A stretch of DNA of 64,000 nucleotides, from IMG/VR virus record IMGVR_UViG_3300024261_000005. One strand, written 5' to 3'. Positions 52,001 to 58,900 of this stretch are shown here, piece by piece (the stretch's first letter is position 1; each line of letters starts with the position of its first letter). The DNA comes from a virus. Below the pieces are notes generated by a model that saw only the letters and a program-made list of their open reading frames with translations, searched no databases and was not told the DNA's origin. The translations under genes were made by a program, and so were the position numbers.

Positions 52001-52945
52001 CGCATGAGTTAGATTTCGCCTGAGTTCAATTAAGCCGTCATCTAATGTTTTTATATGATTATTTCCAGCCTGCACGCTTTTTAGTTCATGCAAACCGACC
52101 ATAGGTTCGTCGCCTACACCTTGCAGTAAGTTGAAGATCCTTTCATTAACTACAATTCTATTAACTGAGCCTTCTGCTGAAGCCGTCATCCCAATGGTTA
52201 TTCCAAAGTTTTCTTTTAAATATTTTAACTGTAAGAAATTGCAATACCTCTTGTATGCATTCGAATCCTTCGGGCTGGATGTTATTCCTACTCCAGCCTG
52301 AGGTACTATTTTAAGTTTCTCCCAATGGGGGGCCGCAAGATTGTTTGTCCTGTTCGAACCATTAATACTAAATTCTTGTTCACTCTTCTTAACAGGGGAT
52401 ACTTTTTGAGAACCTTCAGGAGGAAATACTGAATGCACGTATTCAGAGACTTTTTTTTCTGTAATCGTTTTATGAACGAAATCTTTTTTATAATTCAAGA
52501 CATTCCCGTAAGGCTTGTAGTTGAAGTATCTCAAATCCAACTCAACCAAGAACGCTCCTGGGGAGCTAGGATGGTTGCTGATGTTAAAGCCAAACAGCGT
52601 AAAGTAGTTCTTTTGTTTTGCAGACTTGTGCGTGTCCGATATGCTTTGTGAGAGAAAGTTATTTTCTACCATCACGAATGGATTATTTCTCACCTGAGAA
52701 ATAAGTCTATGTAAAAGCACAATTGAATCAGCTGGAAACGTAATACTTATCTGTGCGTGAAACACTCCGTTGCCAGAAAGCACCTTTGTTGACACTTTGG
52801 ATCTCAGAGTCTTCCACGAATATTCTAATCCTTCTTTATGCACCGATATCGCTGTTGGTGGTACATGCAACTCAATATCATTTATAATAAATCTTGATGT
52901 GAAATCATCTTTCAAAAGATCAGGAATATTATTTAATTGCCGCAT
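43082..52945 (-). CDS. Giant baseplate hub protein with M15-type peptidoglycan peptidase domain
   Basis: 3287 aa; SNHFTGVAADI...GVGIYG...GFIHLD (Zn ligands H951, D958, H1043); hub-like motifs VQLRAGY...SGKI, TIWQIL and GSLTILGD..INPWD...VTHMF. Confidence 0.75.
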   Translation of the reverse strand: MRQLNNIPDLLKDDFTSRFIINDIELHVPPTAISVHKEGLEYSWKTLRSKVSTKVLSGNGVFHAQISITFPADSIVLLHRLISQVRNNPFVMVENNFLSQSISDTHKSAKQKNYFTLFGFNISNHPSSPGAFLVELDLRYFNYKPYGNVLNYKKDFVHKTITEKKVSEYVHSVFPPEGSQKVSPVKKSEQEFSINGSNRTNNLAAPHWEKLKIVPQAGVGITSSPKDSNAYKRYCNFLQLKYLKENFGITIGMTASAEGSVNRIVVNERIFNLLQGVGDEPMVGLHELKSVQAGNNHIKTLDDGLIELRRNLTHAILMSGLNTKIVVKEYISLELGGNFLFRYRKTLNKGTVKKNLNEAKKQEKIKGNRAEIHNLFNSLKSEKAKALTDMTPVHSGGISVEVPSAWGRDYTYLRPLEDRSIEKYYPPGNNVVITEKADKKFTITDISRSHSGGPASPVLSVISGEITHNGTTITVVQNTGKDDEKKIVYEGIELIADFTEFFDTYNDDINPAGTILGYFPTSQEVTVTADSQIINDMLLSLTGKGLNEELVKSSKEYNKKIKSINHKFDQGDNYLNSNDAIYMDRIKKAIDEENYHQYMYRAGLENVFQRARLLSYDSNFFEKDVENITGIKTNNDNYDSVPKFEQDITNVSCSLRNIISSIPILGHEYPTHQFLGSIEPVFQFNFIGKSHTDGLPPKIKELESIRAHVAYMAKNFPQIPDAGNIIVESLITKLVGSFKYADMDEKIIDYDKGTQPLYIRDSKPRFIISSTDTFTIEGSPGAVGLNFRFSESKPYDEEELREAVTSDVDEKYLDRYASIIRESDINVNAPSSAGSRGSSALKGEPIKHSYSKAKYVPFHWNTRYFSASKFYGKAKRHLRGRLVKEGAKNALGKSGPTIDENAYKFYLNFMDPLQDLLNEYGKLKEKSYKINVFSTLDAWNPGKSRKTKSNHFTGVAADIRISNMNAMEASALIELLEERRFFNDVFGPKRRYCLGVGIYGSKSGDDLLTLNTNGEVTSVNIVTIANDTKFMGRKPYRANGFIHLDANFNVTTASIKSGQHGLKRGRRRWVGEGGADAFRVYDFINDIFLDWQNDHPEYLHDDGNGINFVKTIQFMFSEGNPYTKTVQQIFDKENNKRNKKAFWGSTGQGDTYVKQIKDHINNDVEKAIGSYTKKAAGNIEESAEGDNEPEVEEQDETEEGEVANTTSGVVSETREKEREENYKITSTKPDDFIKFLRENQKKLGINDADIATLYRDTKVYSNDTKYHLKTDIYRTDRSYNFEITDENNNYEIKFLPRAGETSQTASERKILAGLKRYYGQEMLVRSASTKTNTKANAWIINPNSHKAGESLVKTVKKLHQSSTFKVDKSELTSKTAQRDAMKVQLLASNTMLKSFTELASVILTEPYLYTDTKEEFIKEMQFIQSQLYGFSVLPAYYNVIEKLFTGKCTIETGQAALSTRVDKSSVALGGAGLVLTATRAIAAETAILSGGWSLAGQAVIELVVIGYAFSTGLSDDAQLQLNRVRGGIIDHTEALQGRASFQEYLKYFVDNKSSILGDSFKLEDDGVKNAGEFLEGVSDADQVAYSISQHIKPIYADLSIFNTFNKVAGNLDPTSRAMNLIQASLKGNSNLIDDDGIVDKKLSNFALADRITIANMKEYLQFLYMFPEHRDDGDLATNEQNARHIIEELSPFTHYRYNPSLDNDKFDPNAYLYGGDVMQFIGVDGLASAPIRVKNGKWTDRDNIKKYPFLLTHQLTKSDGTPGPRSNGVKHFFDSKKAALKSQQRTKLAYLRSLLKAILDENLHLNADIVEKTGDATLLRVLDGATVFELLETNSYPDIDLPQDPRTPYNNSNLSPCFYYHDQNDTKEILLKDRQKKEMAAANKIIDSSIQFQKGLRAGIFTGSEEKLRGDKEKKEIVNELVDSTEILRTVSDFLIGDEENVQTPAYIAPIAIALNNNDKVLGGSTPIAVTTSAQSVTTVGAQKYSVNKAVAQIDATNKGITGGKFDEKKKQFGEVNSMFGSQLGFKTSGKMDLKAQVDKVNPKIGRTLGLGTQQKYNKQDILDICEDSSGNINKLRTIKEAFPTFRLYIVEEDAIYTDRLTAFDDFFYYNSVISFNVHNSRELASSVATIQVQNISGLLDGTKKNVLRDVDLGEDVEERALEDEGNFIDSIVLRPGVTVQLRAGYESNSNELDILISGKIADINYAQNNTICNLTVQSFGVELEALRKGGEAGTNSDEPGVFYSTHQLLGSMMMSDELKHFGRSKVGAVFQIGEFKDFSLDLDLYKKESSFNFSLSRGFFDWVRDNTFGIGIGVGVLTLGLPALKMAGSTKLVTTVGSYFKPTAGGKLATFGAVTAKIFAWVPTKLSWANPFGVNKIAQQLIIKRAQFLATSMTPQAGAAKIFIANFDDALEFLIRAQGNLGTSMLPRVARTQLRVLGGMSSLLNTGKFAANQAAHGRINGTVVTVFKYIANVLSGGKVNIAPELGEEFLKSIVLKNKGFGALGLSGVAPSRLGKTWLGTKMGGNIIIGAGTSITLPLAIGVSGFATAALLSGLDIIIDSAKYAWNAMMGSFAADKNKLKKKKLLSPQDDNIFAPHPAQYMSNLGTSYSYLESLWSGIELFSKEAWLSGKDIINTSTFGLINISSSKKLETLKLNPFKLIDKRMDVKKHENPFVLTGQTIWQILHECTLRHPGYIYGVRPYGNSLEYRVFFGVPNQRYWCKRITNTEIRKLNKIFMALDTMGEAGLLKENDIKIIFPSAYAQYKESVTNNENEQVLQRFFTQKAYDYYISKTKDRFVPFRQFHLVSSKRNLIGNNIIVSSHNMINAVSVNFINTFTERLKGEEKGSADVNSDVDPSLSKYNQTMETLKFRANNNVGMSQLKEKTVTYRNIVGASNAIRYGLGELLYGTRKMYEGSLTILGDTKINPWDVVILHDDITNMYGPVEVCSVTHMFSFETGFITDIETNALVTANEELSHPVITQSLVYETRAKVFDEYNSLYELGGTAEERKASVKKIVEDEVEEFIEEEMTTNAGFFRKHGGAGLTIDFGGLSDEKRKKLVDQIVEKTMDSYEEDGPSFLRDFVPGDAAVPKELTDMVADVGTLAGGLSLTYLGGEALRNRFATNMGVSIFGGGLWKMGLFFAGSVALAKSSNLLNSTISTSYSSGRLGKNLFRQHIMSRMENGNLIQLYPLVRDGMPLVTGGFEEVDESEKWNNMLGYIFNATSTAVKGYLDRQQELKAYGKDVITAYDKNELNSMKSSIVVNAAKVADAIGIKNADSLLGYMYLDD

Positions 52946-52946
52946 A

Positions 52947-55900
52947 TTAATCTCTCATCATTTTATTCATATAAGCGTTTCCTATTGGTCTTCTATTATC
53001 ATTAATGGTTAATGACGCTTGACCTCCAGAAGATACAAAATGCTTGCCCATGCTTTGGGCTGCTGATAGGTTGGGGGCTTCACCGAACATTCTAATTGAA
53101 CGATTCAATGATACAGTAGAGACTCCGCTATTAATAGGCCTTTCATAGAAATTGTCTGCGCCTGCAATCCTAGAGGGGCTTGGCTGCTTATGCTCTCTAG
53201 AGAAATTCTGCTGAACTGCTCTTTGGCTCAAGCTCTCTCCAGCTTTCAAAGCTTCTCTTGAAGTTCTGTCTGAAAACTTTGCACCTGGCTCTAAACTTCC
53301 TATCTCTTGATTGGCTCCAATAGCATAGGAGGCTAATAAGCCTCCAGCAATAACTCCAGCAAGACCCTTCCCTCTACTAATTGAAGCAGCAAGTGTTTGC
53401 TTTGCACTTTCAGCCCTGGTGAATATATCTTGCAATGCTTCTATATCACCAGTTATGAGACCACCTTCCATAGAATGCCCTCGATTCAATAACTGAAACA
53501 ATTGCTCATGACTGAACCGACTTGATGATTCCAGCATATTGCCAATTCCGCTGGATGAAGTAAACTTGTTCAAATTGTGTTTTTTAACATTTGCAGACAT
53601 CGCATCCCAAGAATCAAACATTTCTTGTACACTCAAGTTCACATTTTCAAGCCCTCTCTTGAAACTTGCAGTCGCATCCCCCTCAGCGATGTTATTAAAT
53701 TTAACACTACTCATCTTAATGCTTAGGTCTGCGTCTGGGCCTTCCAAAATAGTTCCTTTAAAGATCTTCTCTTGGAAGAAGCTTTTAATCGCACTGCCTT
53801 CTCCCGATTCAAAAGAAGTCTTTAATGCTGTCATATATTCTCTAGAAATATCAGCAGCAATTGGAAGCTTTTTACCTTTTATTCCAAGCACCTCTTGGGC
53901 AACTGATATCAATGCAGCTCCAGCTTTTATTCTTTTGAATTGATCTCCAAAATCTCCACCAGTATCGTCTGCAGCCGCCTGAGCTAACCCCAGCATACCG
54001 GCCTTAACCTGAACGTCGAGTCCACCGATACCCTTAACTATTTGCTCTTTTTGAAATTCATCAACTAGACTTTGTGCAAGTGTAAGTTTCGAAGCGCCCA
54101 TGCGCTCACCTAACTTCTCTACACCTTCGCCAAGTACGTGCATGCTGCTTAGAAACTCAGCGCCATAGGTTATCATCTTCTCGGGATTTACATGGCCTGC
54201 TGAAATCTTATTCCTAAGCGTCTTATCAGTGTCAAAGAAGACTTGATAAGGATCTGCGTCATAGTCACCAATACCGAATCTAGTAAAATCCATTCTTCCT
54301 GAATACTTCGATACAACTCCTGTAGCCTTGTTTTCAATATCCATGTCAAGTTCAATTTGTGGAAAGCGGATTGTACCACCACCATGCTCCCCGAACTCCT
54401 GATGTGCACCATACATCTTATGGAAGATCCTTCCAAAGGCGTCTTCAACGTCGGCGTTAGCCTCACCCCGGTTTATTTTTTGCTCAATCTCGGCTAAGTG
54501 AGAGCCCTTAGTCACGCTCCCTCCGTGGAATTCATCCAGAATTCTCAAATCCTTGTCAACGTATTCAGCACCTTGAAGTTTTTCTCCAGTGAATTCAGCA
54601 GCATCTTTAACGCTTGGGTGCTTTTCCATTTGAAGTCGTTCAACCTCACTAAGCTTCATATCTAAAGAATCTTCTCCCTTCAAATCTTTGATAGGAGCTA
54701 GAGTCTCCTTTATTTCAGCTTGCTCTGCTTGAAGTGCTTTTATTTTTTCGTCTCTTTTATGCAACTGACCATATGTTTTATCCTGGGGGTCGTGCATCCG
54801 ATTTAATTCAGCCTCAATCTCTCTATGCCTAATCCTATTTAAAAAGAAATCATCCTCAGGACTGACCTGTTCTCTTCCGAATCGAGGATTAACTACGCCT
54901 GTTAATTGCTCAAAAGCATTTATACGAGATACCTTCGGAGCAAATGCAATCCTGTCCTGGTTTGCCTCAATTGCTTTCGGACCTATTCCTTTCACTCTGG
55001 ATTGCAAATCATCAAATGATTTAAACTTCTCCTTTTTTCTTGCCGCTATTATATTATCTGCAACCTCAGAGCTTATAGCTTTTCCACGAGATGGTTTAAG
55101 AGTTTCTAAAAGCTGCTTTTTGCTAGCTTTGTTAATGTCGATTCTAGCATGTCTTGTAGAGGCAGCGCCTTTCACATCCTCAACATAGGTTCCATATTGA
55201 ATTCGTTCAATTTTTCTATTGAACTTTTCTTTCCCCTCCCCCCCCATTCTAGTGTTTAATCTCTCCACTTCGTTAGCTCGGTAAGTCTTGCCATTTGCGG
55301 AGCCTTCTTTTTCAAATGTCTCACCAAGCGCATCATTTATTTTATCAAACTGCGTAACTTGGTAAGTACTCCTCTGAGAGGTAAATCCCTCAGCATTCAA
55401 TCCGAAGAAGCTACCCATGCGATTTAAGAAGTGACTAGCTTCGTCCCTGTTCTCGAAGTATCTATAACGATAGTCTTTTTCATACTGAATAACGCCATCT
55501 ACCTTTAGGGGCACCTTTATCTTTCTACCCGTTGGGCCTGGCGCCATGGTCGTCTTCTCTTTTCTTTCACCAGCGAAATCCTTACCTAAATCATGCAAAG
55601 TCTCTTCATAGATCTCCTCTACTGATTTCTGTACATTTCCTAAAGATACGTCATCTCCACCGAGAATCTTCCTTCCATAATAGTCAACATTAAATTCATC
55701 TTTAGCCAATTGGCCCCTAACATCGTTTAATTGCTTCTCTTGCTTTTTCATCAGCTTGTTAAGCACCTCTAATTCTTCCTCTACTGCTTCCAATTTTCCT
55801 GGAGACTGTTTTAAGAGTGGGTCTCCACTTGTCATTGCGTTGTAAAGTCTACGCTGTTCTGACAATTCCCGCATCTCATCGCTGGCAAGTTTAGTCTCAA

Positions 55901-58900
55901 CTCCTCGTTTAGTGAGCCTCGTCTCGTCGATCTCGTCTATGAGCTTCCCTTCTCTGTGCAATCTTCGATTATGGGCATTGTCTAGTTCTCTGTCTAAGAC
56001 TCCCATCTTCCTTTGATCTCGCTCAATTGAATAGGAATCTCCCGCTTCCCCTTTATAGAGTGCTCTTTTTCTCTCCATGTATTGCTCATAACCACCCTGC
56101 TTGATTTCTCCTTTCTCTTGGTTCAAGAGTCGTCTATGCTCTCGATAGTTATCAAGCTCGTCACCCTGAAGCTTTTCGTACTCAGTTGAAATCTGATCTC
56201 TTCTATCATATATGTTGCTTCGTTTTTCTACAGTGTTGATTTTCTCATGATTTTCTAAGAGAGCATCTACTCTTGGCTGTTTAGCTAATTTTCGAACCTC
56301 TTTCAAATGAGCTTTATAGTCATCAGTACGCTCTTGCCCTGGCTTATTCCTTAAGAGTTCAAGTGGTTTTAATTTATCAGTAAAATCATACTGATACAAA
56401 CCCATACTAGCCCAAACGTGAGCGAAACCCATTAGCGGGTTTCTTATTGTAGTTCCAGAGGTGCCCGTCTTCTTCGCTCGATGCATCCCTAGGAAGAAGT
56501 CTTTTAAAGTTTGATTCATCAATTTTCTTGACTCTTCCTTGACGGAGGTGCTTCCTTGCTGAGTTAGGTGTTTACTCAGAGCGGACTCATATTTTGTCAT
56601 TCCGTCAAGGAACGCCTGCTGATCTAGAAAGGCGACGTAGCCTTTCTCTTGATTTACTACCTCAGTTAAACTTCGGTTTATCTTGGCATTAATAAAAAGA
56701 TTGTCGCTGAAAACAGTACCTTCCATATGCTTACCAGGGGTTTTCCCTAAGGTGAACCCACCACCCATGTAAGACCCAGAGCCAGTCACTCGACCTGACA
56801 AGCTGTGTTTCACTGCAGCGCCTGCAACTTTACTTAAAGACTTCCGAACAGTGGCAAAGCCTTTCATTGCGCTGTCAATTTGATCCGCATCTTCTCCTGC
56901 GTCTTTGAGACCAGATAAAGACGACAATAAGTCGGTTACATTACGACCGTACTCCGCCTCTATCTTTATAGTCTCTTGTGATGATTTTATTTCATGTCCA
57001 ATAAACCCTTTAAAAGTGTCTTCTCCAGGTAGGAAAATCTCCTTCTTGCCTCCAGTTTGTTCATATAACTTACTCAAGGCATCTTTGGAAAGTCCCATAT
57101 CCTCTAGATTTATTATGTTGCCGCTTTTAACTTCAGAGAGTTTGCTTACTACCTGCCTTTCTTCTCCTTGTCCTAGTTCAAGTAAGTTAGTCACTTCTTC
57201 ACGAGACATCGTTCTTACGTCTTTCAATCCTGATATCTGCTCTTGAATGTTTTCAGCACTCGCTTGGCCTAAAGATTCTTGAGCCACTTTCATACCAATA
57301 AGACCAGAAGCCCTATCTTCGAATCCCTCCATCCTCATCATATATGAGGAAAGGTAACCTGTTGCTTCTTTGCTATCCATCCCCCAAAAACCCCTAAGTG
57401 AGGTGTAAAGATAGTTTGCGAATCTGGGCTCAGCTTTAGCTGTATTCCTTGCAAGATTCGTATGGGGTGTGCCAGCGGTAGCGGAGGCTGCGCCAATCAC
57501 AACTCCTTGTTTAGCCATCTCGCCAGTCTTTTTTAAGTAATTGTCGGCCTCTGCTCCAGTAATTCCAGCAGTTTCCAAACCTGCTTTAATTTTATTCTGA
57601 AAATATTCCAAATCCATTCCATGTTTGCTGTTAACTGCTCTATCGTGAGCGAGAGATAATACTAAGCCAAAGTTATCTGCAGATATCCCCTCCTTACCTG
57701 CTCTCTCTGCAATAGTTTCAAAGAACTTACCTAACGTGCCTGCTTCTCTCTGCTTAACTGTTGCTTGATCTAAGCTTGTAATTGTAGCACCCTTCAGACG
57801 ACTGTTTACTTCAGCTAGTAGCTTGTCACCATCATTAGTAGCCTCTAGTTGTTTCATTAAGATGTCTTCATCCATACCTAGCATTCTCATACCACCGTGA
57901 ATTTGCGTCCTAAGATAAGTTCCAGATTTTTCAACTTGGGCTGTCGTTGTTAATAGCGTATTCGCTATTTTACCACCGAATCTACTTGGATCAAAAAATG
58001 CCTCCCCTACGTCTTCTAAGCCTAGGCTACTTAATTTATTAATCATACTTCTTTGGCTTATCGTCAACGTAGTGTCTTTTGCTAAAGCTGAAAACAATTT
58101 ACTATGAGACACGTCTTGTTCAATCTTACCAATAATGTGATAGCGATCTCTGTTTGTCTCCATGCTCTTTTCACTTAAGCCCAAGGTGAAGCGACGTAGG
58201 CCTTGGTGCTTTTTAATATGTACCACCCTGTCATCTTGTCTACCCAGAACAGCACGTCCCTCTGAATCTCCAAATTGCTTAAAGAAATCGTCAATGTCAA
58301 AGTCATCTCCATCAATCGTACTACCAATAGTTAAAAACTTCTGCGTATCGTCTCTTCTTGCTTCTAAAAGCTTAGTCATTAATTTGCTTTGACCAAGACC
58401 CTCTCTATTCACAGTCTTGCTTATATCCTGCTTCACTTGAATAGTACCGCCCATGTAGCTCATACCTTCGGCAAGGCCAAGCTTTGCTGTATTCTCGCGA
58501 CCTTTGAAAAGCATTATTGCCCCCATATTAACTCCACGGGCATGCTTTCCAAGCTTAGCGTCGCTGGTTACCCCAATTAATTCTGATCCCGTGCCACTAA
58601 CTTTAATGCCACCCCCAGCAGGAATACCCGCTTTATAAGCGGCTATCTCTTTTTGTTTCTTCTTTAATTTACTTCTTTCCCAGAACGGATTGGGCGCGGA
58701 CGCCACTCTACTTTCCAACAGTTCCTCTTCCTTAACAAGCTTTGCTAAGTGCGCTTTTTCCTGCATCACTTTAACACGACTTCTTTGTCCAAAAGTAGAG
58801 TCAGGGGTGCTACCATCAAAGCCAGTTGCCACTTCGGGACGTCCATGAAGCTGAGACCCACGCGCAGTTTGTGGAAGCAAACTCCTATCAAGATGCCCAT

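Noticed and set aside
54960-55146. Stand-alone bacterial comEA competence gene
   Set aside because: It is an in-frame internal domain of the 2480-aa protein, with no separate start or membrane anchor.
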